Positions 1 through 7,916 of a stretch of DNA of 25,948 nucleotides are shown here, in pieces. The DNA comes from Armatimonadota bacterium (GTDB lineage: Bacteria > Vulcanimicrobiota > JACPDS01 > JBDRKI01). The stretch covers positions 1 to 25,948 of the forward strand of contig JBDRKI010000060.1 in NCBI GenBank assembly GCA_043814095.1, in the 5' to 3' direction. A program made the position numbers and the translations under genes. The notes below the pieces were generated by a model. The model had not been told where the DNA came from. It saw nothing but the letters and a program-made list of their open reading frames with translations, and searched no databases. Every line of letters starts with the position of its first letter. The first letter of the stretch is position 1.

Positions 1-216
1 TCCGCCTTCCCATTTATAATTCTTCTCTATCTCATTCTTTATATACTCAATTCCCATCATAGCGGCGCTGTACGCGTCTATCCTGTCTTCCTTTACTCTC
101 ATTAACTGCATATGACGGGGAACGAACATCTGTACAGTAAACGCAAGTATAATGCTTAAAACAAGATAGAACATTATTGTGGCGATAAAACCTTTTGAAT
201 GTTTTTTCTTTTCCAT
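1..216 (-). CDS. PilX/GspK-class minor pilin-like protein (5' part only; runs off the window edge; absent from the ORF track)
   Basis: Manual translation from ATG at 216: MEKKKHSKG|FIATIMFYLVLSIILAFTVQMF...RIDAYSAAMMGIEYIKNEIEKNYKWEGG, with no stop before base 1. It has a basic leader, a G|F prepilin site, a hydrophobic helix without Glu+5 (typical of PilX/GspK), and an AYxAAxxGIE motif like the PilX N-terminus. Confidence 0.75.
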   Translation of the reverse strand, partial: MEKKKHSKGFIATIMFYLVLSIILAFTVQMFVPRHMQLMRVKEDRIDAYSAAMMGIEYIKNEIEKNYKWEGG

Positions 217-303
217 AGCAAGTTAATCCAGTTTTAAACTTTTTATTACAGGGTCGTATGAACGTTTTTCTTTATCCCTGCGTCTTTTTCCTTCAGTTAA
301 ATA

Positions 304-702
304 CTATTCTTTTCTCACGTACATATAGGCTTCAACTTCGTTTTTGCCGCCGTATTTGCCTTTGATCCATGTAACTTTATTCGTAAGAAGTTTAATATTC
401 GGAGAAACTTCCCCCAGAACTTTAACCTTGCAGGTAAAATTACCGGATTCTGTGGTTGCATCAGCCGGCAGTTCATCGTAGTTATAGGTATTTTTATAAG
501 TTTCCAGAACAGAATGGCCGAGTCTCTTAGCCTGAATTTTATCGCCCGCATATGAAATAGTTTTATTCTCAACCACGCATACGGATGCAAGCCCGAGCAG
601 GACAATAAGCAGAAGAACGGCAATTACAAAGGCTTCTATTAGGACCGCGCCCCTGCAGAACTGTTTATTTTTTAATGTTTTATGTGTTTTTACACTCTTC
701 AT
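304..702 (-). CDS. PilV/GspI-like minor pilin (prepilin-type N-terminal cleavage site)
   Basis: Basic leader, then CRG|AVLIEAFVIAVLLLIVLLGL (Gly-1, Glu+5, hydrophobic helix). Small beta-rich C-terminus (...KVTW...). Lies next to other prepilin-type genes. Confidence 0.7.
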   Translation of the reverse strand: MKSVKTHKTLKNKQFCRGAVLIEAFVIAVLLLIVLLGLASVCVVENKTISYAGDKIQAKRLGHSVLETYKNTYNYDELPADATTESGNFTCKVKVLGEVSPNIKLLTNKVTWIKGKYGGKNEVEAYMYVRKE

Positions 703-725
703 TACCTTTATTTTTCTTCAAAGCG

Positions 726-764
726 GAGCTTAAACCCTTTATGTTATAAAAAGGGTTTAAGCTC
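726..764. repeat. Perfect 15-bp inverted repeat with a 9-nt spacer between divergent minor-pilin genes
   Basis: GAGCTTAAACCCTTT (726-740), atgttataa, AAAGGGTTTAAGCTC (750-764). The spacer region carries an extended -10-like TGtTATAAA (742-750) on the + strand. Confidence 0.9.
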
Positions 765-786
765 TTTATGTCTAATTTAAAGAAAT

Positions 787-1605
787 ATGAATAACAGGAC
801 AAATAATAGGAATAAAGGATTTACCGGGATTGAACTGCTGACAGCCGTCGCAATTTTAGTTATAGTATTTGTCTTTTCGTATCTGGCTTTTAACTTAATC
901 AGCAGGAACATGAATAAAACCGTACAGAACAGCATGAACCAATCCGATATGAATATTATCCACCAGAAAATATTAAAATCCGTTCATAATTCCACTTGGG
1001 AAGGCTTTATAAATTCGGGAATTAACGGCATATATTATTACGGGGATAAAGACTACCGCCATCCCCTGCTGCTGCAGAGCTTTTTAAACGAAGACGGCTC
1101 CTGCAATATAGATACTTCCTTGAACCCCGTCTGTACCGGTTATACCCTGTATTACATTGTCCGTCCAAAAAACGATATATGCGCGCCGGAACTTAATCCC
1201 GACGGTTCGCCGGTTTACGACGAAAAAGAGAAAGTATCGCTGAGCGCAAACCCAGACACATACTGCCCCCATAAACTGCTTATAAAAAAGGAGCTGGGTT
1301 TGGCAGATATTAACCACTCTATGAGCATATACGATCAGCTAAGAAACCATATGACCAACAGCGGAACAGGCAAAACCGTGGCTAAAAACGTTCTTAATTT
1401 TGAAATTATCCCCCCTGAAGACGGCAGCAAATATACGGTTTATTATAACGGGAAAGAAAAAAAAGTTAACGATAAACTTATTAAAGTCAAGCTGACCGCC
1501 TTCACAGAGAGAAAATATTTAAATAAAGCGCACTTCAACGAAGATCTTCTGAATGATACAGCCAACCTTTTTATACTGGAAGATTCGGCAGAACCTCAAA
1601 ATTAG
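787..1605 (+). CDS. PilW/GspJ-like minor pilin (prepilin-type N-terminal cleavage/methylation site)
   Basis: NKG|FTGIELLTAVAILVIVFVF prepilin motif with Glu+5. 272 aa with four Cys in the globular part and a late 'VAKNVLNFEI' strand typical of PilW/GspJ-like proteins. The only long credible + strand gene in the window. Confidence 0.75.
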   Translation: MNNRTNNRNKGFTGIELLTAVAILVIVFVFSYLAFNLISRNMNKTVQNSMNQSDMNIIHQKILKSVHNSTWEGFINSGINGIYYYGDKDYRHPLLLQSFLNEDGSCNIDTSLNPVCTGYTLYYIVRPKNDICAPELNPDGSPVYDEKEKVSLSANPDTYCPHKLLIKKELGLADINHSMSIYDQLRNHMTNSGTGKTVAKNVLNFEIIPPEDGSKYTVYYNGKEKKVNDKLIKVKLTAFTERKYLNKAHFNEDLLNDTANLFILEDSAEPQN

Positions 1606-1752
1606 ATCAATTATATTAACTCTTCTCTTTTTGTTGATTTTTGATAATTTATTTATATTATCACATAATCCGGAAAAAACCGGTATTATAAAATCTGTAT
1701 TTACAAATTCGAGCTTTATATTCATATCTCGAATACCCTCATTTTTTACAAC

Positions 1753-2838
1753 TCACTTCCCGCAGCATTTTTTGTACTTCTTCCCGCTTCCGCAGGGACA
1801 CGGTTCATTTCTGCCTGCCTTGGGGGCAATTTGAGCATTTACTGACGGGGGCATAAAGCGGTCGAACAGCGAGTCTCTTTCTTTGTCAGGGCGAGCGTTA
1901 AATTCAGCAATCCAGCGTTCTACGGCGTTTTGATCATTTACATCTACATTATCTTTAAACATCTGCATAACCATTGTTTTACCCATGCCGTAATATTCAG
2001 GATTGGCCGCGTTTTTCACCATTGCTTCTTCACATTTTTTTATTTCTTTAATTATACCATCAGCATTTTTTATAATGCCGTCTTCCTTTAAATAATTAAA
2101 AAATGCGGACAAAACGGGAACAAAATCACGGAATTTTTCAGGTTCAGCGGAAACTTTTCTCGGAAATAATTCCGTAAGAATAAATTCCACATTACAATGG
2201 CGAATGTTTTCGAGATTAACATTTTCATAATTATTCAGAAAATTTAAAAACATCTCTACATCGCCTTTTGCGGTTTTCTGTAAATTAACAGGCAGTTCGA
2301 TGAAATATTTTGACGCAATGAATCCTTTTGTATATTTCTTTTCTCTTGCGCGCGCTATTTCATCTTCGTTTTCAATTTTACTGGATGCGGATTCTGTTTC
2401 TTGTTTTTTAATCGTCAGGCTTTTAATTCCGTTTGTCTCAAATTCCTTCGCGTATTTATCGGCACAACGCTGTTGTTTTACAAACCGTTCTTCCCAACCC
2501 ATTTTTTCAATTGCCTCCATCCCGTATTTTTTTATAAAATCCCGATCCCCCAGCCTGTCAATTAACTCTTCCCAAAAAGTTTCATTATTGTAATCATCTT
2601 CGTATTTCATAATTTCGGCATTTTCCTCAAACTGCCTCGAGGGGAAAAATCTGTTGTATTTTCGGTCAAAATCCACATAATTTTCAAGTCCAAAATTTCC
2701 AGCAAAAGAAAAAATATAATTTTCGACTTCATCAAATTCCTTTATCCTGTCCGCGTGTATGCCATTTATTACACAATTACCCAGATATAGCATTTTTATT
2801 AATGCCTCATACTGCTCTTTTGTAAATTTTATTTCCAT
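1753..2838 (-). CDS. SEC-C (SecA-type Zn-binding) motif protein with an uncharacterised N-terminal domain and a central helical, possibly integrase-SAM-like, domain
   Basis: C-terminal GRNEPCPCGSGKKYKKCCGK is a canonical SEC-C motif. GAGGT RBS upstream of the ATG. There is no helicase/ATPase domain, so it is not SecA. Confidence 0.8.
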   Translation of the reverse strand: MEIKFTKEQYEALIKMLYLGNCVINGIHADRIKEFDEVENYIFSFAGNFGLENYVDFDRKYNRFFPSRQFEENAEIMKYEDDYNNETFWEELIDRLGDRDFIKKYGMEAIEKMGWEERFVKQQRCADKYAKEFETNGIKSLTIKKQETESASSKIENEDEIARAREKKYTKGFIASKYFIELPVNLQKTAKGDVEMFLNFLNNYENVNLENIRHCNVEFILTELFPRKVSAEPEKFRDFVPVLSAFFNYLKEDGIIKNADGIIKEIKKCEEAMVKNAANPEYYGMGKTMVMQMFKDNVDVNDQNAVERWIAEFNARPDKERDSLFDRFMPPSVNAQIAPKAGRNEPCPCGSGKKYKKCCGK

Positions 2839-2872
2839 TTTTATACCTCGCTATTCATGCATTCCAACGGAT

Positions 2873-2908
2873 TAAACGACAACCTAAACGACAACCTAAA
2901 CGACAACC
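2873..2908. repeat. Perfect tandem repeat, 3 x 12 bp (TAAACGACAACC)
   Basis: Units at 2873-2884, 2885-2896 and 2897-2908, starting 3 nt past the fic stop codon. Confidence 0.95.
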
Positions 2909-2911
2909 AGC

Positions 2912-3949
2912 TCAAGATATCACATAATGCGCGCCTCTGCCTTTCCCTATTAACTTAAGCACCTTTAAATCTACCATTTTGGATATTTCTTTCAACGCGG
3001 CCTGCCTTGATATGTTAAACACCTTTGAAATGTCGCCAGCCGTTATTTTACCGTTTTGATTTATTGCTCCTACTATTTTCATCTGTTTTTCCGTAAGCGC
3101 AATTTGACCTCTTTCCGTCTTTTTTATGCGTTCACTGCTTAATCGTATAACTTTTTCTTTCACTTTATCAATACTTATCTTTACGCCTTCAATAAAGTAC
3201 TCCAGCCATTTTGTCAAATCTAAAGTTTTCGGATTTACGCTTTGAAGCGCCTTATAATACGCCGGCCTGTTATAATCGTAATAATCGTCCAGACAGAAAA
3301 ACTGTTTTATATCAAATCCTCTTAAAAAAAGTATTAAACTTGCCAAAATTCTTGCGCTCCTGCCGTTGCCGTCTATAAACGGGTGAATTCTAACAAATTC
3401 ATAATGGGTAATGCCGGCCTCAATTACCGGATCAACTTCCTTAACTTCTTTGGAATTTAACCAATCGATCAAATTCTTAATAAGATTAGGCACTTCTTTG
3501 TTGGCCGGCGGTTTGAATATAATTTCCCGGGTTAACCTGTTTGCCACAACCACATAACGATTGCGATAAGCACCGCAATCTGCCGGATTTTCCAATGTAT
3601 TCCTGGTTAACGCTTTATGAATATTTAAAATATCATCTCCGGTAATTACCTTGCCATTGGTTAATTTATCGAGTTTTTCCAATATTTTTAAATAATTCAA
3701 AACTTCGTCTTTATCTTTCCGGACTGCCATTATTTTTCTGCCCTGCGCTAATTCACTTACTTCTTCTAGCGACAAAGCATTGCCTTCAATTCTTGTGGAA
3801 GAATGAGCGCTGTGGATTATCGCATCCCTACGCAGGGATACTTCCCACTTCGGAATCAAAGGAGAATTAAGAATTAACTCCCTTGCCGAAGAAATTTGCG
3901 TTAAAATTTTTACTATTTTATTTGTATAAGTAAATTTCGGCTTAAACAT
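2912..3949 (-). CDS. Fic-family protein (putative AMPylase, class II autoinhibited) with C-terminal winged HTH
   Basis: Canonical Fic motif HPFIDGNGRSAR. N-terminal inhibitory (S/T)xxxE(G/N) motif STRIEGN. C-terminal ITAGDISKVFNISRQAALKEISKMV...GKGRGAHY wHTH. Start moved from the ORF-track 4000 to the ATG at 3949 (MFKPKFTYT), which has a GAGGT RBS. Confidence 0.92.
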   Translation of the reverse strand: MFKPKFTYTNKIVKILTQISSARELILNSPLIPKWEVSLRRDAIIHSAHSSTRIEGNALSLEEVSELAQGRKIMAVRKDKDEVLNYLKILEKLDKLTNGKVITGDDILNIHKALTRNTLENPADCGAYRNRYVVVANRLTREIIFKPPANKEVPNLIKNLIDWLNSKEVKEVDPVIEAGITHYEFVRIHPFIDGNGRSARILASLILFLRGFDIKQFFCLDDYYDYNRPAYYKALQSVNPKTLDLTKWLEYFIEGVKISIDKVKEKVIRLSSERIKKTERGQIALTEKQMKIVGAINQNGKITAGDISKVFNISRQAALKEISKMVDLKVLKLIGKGRGAHYVIS

Positions 3950-4170
3950 TTCTACCTCGCAAAGCAAATTGTACGCGATACTTATTCTATGACACTTCAA
4001 GTTATTCCTACTTGTGAATTATAAGATTCGGGACATTGTTTGAGATTGTCAATTAGTTAAATATCCGAATTATTCAGAAAACCCGCCGAACAGGGATGAT
4101 GAATGAAAAACACCATTTTTCTAATAAAAAATTCTCAAAAATCCAAGCTTGATATGATTTATATGGCTGT

Positions 4171-4728
4171 TCAAGATAAAATTTTATCTGCCGCTTCTTT
4201 AATGCTTTTTACTATAAAATCAGGCTCTGTTTTAGGGTCCGTTTTTTTAAGTTCTTCTTTTCCCTGCCCTGTTAAAACCAGTATCGATTTAGCACCTACT
4301 TTTTTTCCGAGCATGACATCTGATATCTTATCACCTACCACAAAAGATTTCTTAAGATTGATATTAAAATCTTTCTTTGCGGCATTTATAAGGCCGGGTG
4401 AAGGCTTTCTGCATACGCATTTTTTTACATACTTCTTATTTTTGCCTTTTATAAAATGGGGGCAGTAATAAAAAGCGTCTATATAGGCGCCTTCTTTATT
4501 TAAACGGTACTGCAGTTCCGTATTTATTTTAGTGACAGCGTCTTCTTTAAAATAGCCTCTTGCTATACCTGACTGGTTAGATACTATAATCACCAGAAAA
4601 CCGGCTTTATTGAGCTTTTTAACGGCTTTAGAGGCCCCTTTTACCAGTCTTAAGCCCTTTATCCCGCTTAAGTAGCCCCTGTCATATATTACGGTGCCGT
4701 CCCTGTCCAGAAAGACGCATTTTGTCAT
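4171..4728 (-). CDS. gmhB: HAD-IIIA phosphatase, D-glycero-D-manno-heptose 1,7-bisphosphate phosphatase-like
   Basis: FLDRDGT (motif I), SNQSGIARG, Zn site CPH...CVCRKPSPG, VVGDKISD. ATGA overlap with the upstream gene. Confidence 0.85.
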   Translation of the reverse strand: MTKCVFLDRDGTVIYDRGYLSGIKGLRLVKGASKAVKKLNKAGFLVIIVSNQSGIARGYFKEDAVTKINTELQYRLNKEGAYIDAFYYCPHFIKGKNKKYVKKCVCRKPSPGLINAAKKDFNINLKKSFVVGDKISDVMLGKKVGAKSILVLTGQGKEELKKTDPKTEPDFIVKSIKEAADKILS

Positions 4729-6902
4729 TTTTTAACCTCTGATAACGCTTTTTTGAGCATAATATTAAGCTGTTCAATGCTTTGGTCCATTTCAACCGCT
4801 TTTTTAAGATATTTTACCGCTTCATTATATTCTTTATCATCATAATACTCAACACCAAGAGCTATGATGGCGGATAAATTATTCTCATTTAATTCCAGAG
4901 CTTTAAAAAGACACTCTTTGGCTTTTTTATTACCGCCCTCAATTGTATTTATACTTGCATATATGACATATGAGTCTGAAACCTGTTTTTTAAGCTCTTC
5001 CCTTCTAAAAGAAAGCATAACGGGGAAATATTCATCTTTGTATAATGACAAAACTTTTTCTATAAGTTCACGGCTTTTAGCTATATCGCCGTTCTCCAGA
5101 TAATAAACGGCAAGATCGTTATAAAGGGAGGGGTAATTAACGGGATCAATATTAAGGGCTTTTTGCAGGTTTTCCGCGTATAAATCGTTCCTGCTTTTTA
5201 TTTTATATAACTTTGCCAGCACAATGTAATTATTGACTTTTAACTTCTGAAGATTTACGGCTTCTGTTGCCTGGATTATTCCTTTATTAAGATATTCTTT
5301 TTCGGGATCTTTCAAAAAATTGTAATAATATGCCGAAGCAAGCTCCCTGCGGTATTCGGGATTCCAGGGATTTAAACCGACCGCCTTTTTATAATTTAAA
5401 ACTGCATCGGAAAAAGAGCCCTTTCTCTGGTAATATTGCGCTATATCAGCTTTATTCTGCGCGAAATACATAACCATAATACCTGCGGATATAATTACAA
5501 GCAGTATAACAATTAAATAATCATAATATTTTATGCTTACGGGTTTCTCATCTTTCCCTTTATTGCTTAAGAAGCTGGAATAATAAAATATGATGCCCGT
5601 GAAAAAGAAGAAATAATAAAAGGACGCTGAGAAAAGCCAGTCAACATGGGCCATAATATGCATAAGAAGGCAGACGCACCCCGTGGATAATCCCAGAATA
5701 AGGGGATAATGGGGGGTATTTCTTGATAACTTTAACGCTCTTATATACTCCCTTAATATTAAAAATAAAATTATACACATAAGAACAAAACCGAATATCC
5801 CGAGCTCGCATAGTATCTTAAGATAAAAATTATGCGCAAACTTGGAATAATATCTCGGATCTTTCTCATACTTGGGAAGATGCGCGGGAAAATTAGAAAG
5901 CCCGACACCTGTAAGGGGGTGGTCTTTGAATTCTGCAAATGCAATTTTATAGAATTCTATTCTTGCAAGTTTTGAAGGCTCTTTTGTATTTGCTATGGAA
6001 GTAAGTTCCTCCTTAATAAAAGAAGGTACAACTTTCCTTTCCTGATTCTTTTTGGCAGAGAAAACGGGTATGAAAATAAGAAAAACAAATAAAAGTATAA
6101 ATAATTTCTTAAATACGGCTTTTTTATCATCTATATATTTATATATACTTACAAATATGAAAATAAATACGGCAATAAATACAAGCCAGCTCCAGCGGGA
6201 TTGTGTAAATAAAAGCCCCAAAAGAGATAAGCATCCTGTTAGCCCGAAAAGAATAACCTCATAGCTCGCAACCAACATAAAGATAAGCGCAACTATAAAT
6301 AATATGAGCCAGCTCCAATGGGACAGGGTAAATAAAAGCCCCAGTAAAGATAAACAACCTATTACGCCCAAAAAAATAACTTTAGAGCTTCTTTTATCAG
6401 CCAGGAACAAGCTCAACATGACGGGAAGCGTTAATATTAAAAATCCGGCACATGTGTTTTTCTGGTAAAAAGTTGAATAAAAATCCGAATCAAATCCCGC
6501 TAGATTAGTTGATTTATAAAAAAACAAGCCGGCAATACTAAAAAGCATAACGGCAAAGGCAAGAAAAACAGCAAATTTTCCGGAATATTCGTCTTTAAAC
6601 ATATTCGCGATAACGATAAAAACAAGAAAATACGCCGTAAATAAAAGGCCCGAATACAGGCTTTCATAAACACAGGCCGAATTAATCGTGGAAATAAAAA
6701 ATACGATTAAAAACAAAATAGATGGCCAAATAAAACTTTTAAGGTTAGATAAGCTTTTCTTATCCGATGAAACCGCATATAGCGCGGCGCTGAGATACGC
6801 GAAAACCATAAGAACAGCCTGGGCCCTGATGCTGTGTCCGCCGTAATCCAGAGGCAGGTAAAACAAAAGAAAACTGAGTATTATAAAAACTAATAATTGC
6901 AT
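4725..6902 (-). CDS. O-antigen ligase / O-oligosaccharyltransferase (Wzy_C) family membrane protein with C-terminal TPRs
   Basis: Many TM helices, STFYQKNTCAGFL, LLFTQSR, and a periplasmic loop R...HPLTGVGLSNF...AHNFYLKILCELGIFG carrying the conserved His. The last ~240 aa are TPR-like. Confidence 0.88.
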   Translation of the reverse strand: MQLLVFIILSFLLFYLPLDYGGHSIRAQAVLMVFAYLSAALYAVSSDKKSLSNLKSFIWPSILFLIVFFISTINSACVYESLYSGLLFTAYFLVFIVIANMFKDEYSGKFAVFLAFAVMLFSIAGLFFYKSTNLAGFDSDFYSTFYQKNTCAGFLILTLPVMLSLFLADKRSSKVIFLGVIGCLSLLGLLFTLSHWSWLILFIVALIFMLVASYEVILFGLTGCLSLLGLLFTQSRWSWLVFIAVFIFIFVSIYKYIDDKKAVFKKLFILLFVFLIFIPVFSAKKNQERKVVPSFIKEELTSIANTKEPSKLARIEFYKIAFAEFKDHPLTGVGLSNFPAHLPKYEKDPRYYSKFAHNFYLKILCELGIFGFVLMCIILFLILREYIRALKLSRNTPHYPLILGLSTGCVCLLMHIMAHVDWLFSASFYYFFFFTGIIFYYSSFLSNKGKDEKPVSIKYYDYLIVILLVIISAGIMVMYFAQNKADIAQYYQRKGSFSDAVLNYKKAVGLNPWNPEYRRELASAYYYNFLKDPEKEYLNKGIIQATEAVNLQKLKVNNYIVLAKLYKIKSRNDLYAENLQKALNIDPVNYPSLYNDLAVYYLENGDIAKSRELIEKVLSLYKDEYFPVMLSFRREELKKQVSDSYVIYASINTIEGGNKKAKECLFKALELNENNLSAIIALGVEYYDDKEYNEAVKYLKKAVEMDQSIEQLNIMLKKALSEVKK
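6135..6380 (-). repeat. Intragenic tandem duplication of 123 nt (41 aa, one TM hairpin)
   Basis: VIFLGVIGCLSLLGLLFTLSHWSWLILFIVALIFMLVASYE (6258-6380) vs VILFGLTGCLSLLGLLFTQSRWSWLVFIAVFIFIFVSIYKY (6135-6257). Shared DNA includes gtaaataaaagcccca and agccagctcca at a 123-nt offset. Confidence 0.9.
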
Positions 6903-6926
6903 AGGTTGCCGCCTGCCGCGGTTTGT

Positions 6927-7907
6927 CTATTTTATGGCTTCCAGCATATCCTGTCTGTTTTTGTCAAAAGTATATTTTAAAGACCCGAAATTCACAAGCC
7001 CTTCTCCCGCGGAAATAAAGTAATATTTTTTACTTAATTTATTGATAAAAACAAGACCGTTATCATATTCAAACGAGACAAAATTCGGCTCCTTGTTTAT
7101 GGTTTTTGCCCATTTATCAAGATATTTTAAATTGTCAATTAATTTAATATAATCCGTATTTTTATACGCCGGTTTAAGGCTGACCTGGGCTATAATTTCA
7201 CCTTTTTTATCAAATACCGCCGCGCACATAACCGACCGGAGTTTTAAAAATTCTTCTAAAGGTCCTGAAAGCTCCGCATTTTGATGCACATCTTTTTTAG
7301 CCGCTTTGGGTTTAGCTTTTTTAAGCGGAGCCTTGGTCTTTGTTTTGGTTATTGTTTGACCGCCTAATATGGATTTATTAAAATCCCTGCCTCTTTTAAG
7401 AACATTGATAGCAAACTCAGTCCGCATACAAGAAGGATTTTGCCCTAATAAATCTTCGTATTCTTTTATTAATTTATCGTACTGGCCTAATTTTAACTGG
7501 TAATTAACCTGCAGAGATGCAATCTCCTCTTCGGAAGTTGAGAAATCCTCGTAATCCTGAATAACTTGATTTTTATCCTTTGACTCTTTCTTTAATAATT
7601 TATATAAAAGATATCCTTCCATGTTTTTAGGCGATATGTCTTTTATTTTATTAAGCACCCTGTAAGTATCCCCGTACATCTTTTTATGAAGATATATTTT
7701 TGCAATCTCTATATAAGCTTTTAAAAAGCGGGGGTCTTTGCTAATTGCTTTTTCAAAACACATTAAAGCTTCCAGATAAAATCCCAGCACTGATTTAATC
7801 TCACCCAGATGAAAGCAGGCTGTGACATTTCCCGGGGTACCGGCAACCGCGCCTTCAAGAATTTTAATCTGTTCTTTGAGAATGTTTATTTCGGACTTAT
7901 TAGACAC
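6927..7907 (-). CDS. TPR protein with a C-terminal Roadblock/LC7-like domain
   Basis: N-terminal TPRs (ACFHLGEIKSVLGFYLEALMCFEKAISKDP; AYIEIAKIY). The last ~115 aa follow the roadblock pattern (LEEFLKLRSVMCAAVFDKKGEII...VSFEYDNGLVFI...VNFGSLKY). GTG start with GAGGGGG RBS. Confidence 0.7.
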   Translation of the reverse strand: MSNKSEINILKEQIKILEGAVAGTPGNVTACFHLGEIKSVLGFYLEALMCFEKAISKDPRFLKAYIEIAKIYLHKKMYGDTYRVLNKIKDISPKNMEGYLLYKLLKKESKDKNQVIQDYEDFSTSEEEIASLQVNYQLKLGQYDKLIKEYEDLLGQNPSCMRTEFAINVLKRGRDFNKSILGGQTITKTKTKAPLKKAKPKAAKKDVHQNAELSGPLEEFLKLRSVMCAAVFDKKGEIIAQVSLKPAYKNTDYIKLIDNLKYLDKWAKTINKEPNFVSFEYDNGLVFINKLSKKYYFISAGEGLVNFGSLKYTFDKNRQDMLEAIK

Positions 7908-7916
7908 ACAGCCCCC

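Noticed and set aside
723-749. dif-like site: gcggagcttaa / ttatgttataa resemble XerC and XerD arms
   Set aside because: The spacer would be 5 bp rather than the canonical 6, and the match lies inside a larger perfect palindrome that explains the sequence better.
1753-1815. secA call from the SEC-C motif
   Set aside because: The protein is only 361 aa and lacks the DEAD-like ATPase domains.
2873-2908. Possible CRISPR array
   Set aside because: The 12-bp units are contiguous, with no spacers and no cas genes.
4018-4052. Perfect TTGACA and TATAAT on the minus strand upstream of fic
   Set aside because: The spacing is 23 nt, too long for a sigma70 promoter. The -10 may be real, but the pair is not supported.
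6900-6929. TPR-roadblock gene in frame with the O-ligase gene across a TAG (possible readthrough fusion or TAG recoding)
   Set aside because: In-frame spacing occurs one time in three by chance, the downstream gene has its own AGGCGG RBS and ATG, and TAG ends the gene at 787-1605 at a plausible C-terminus.
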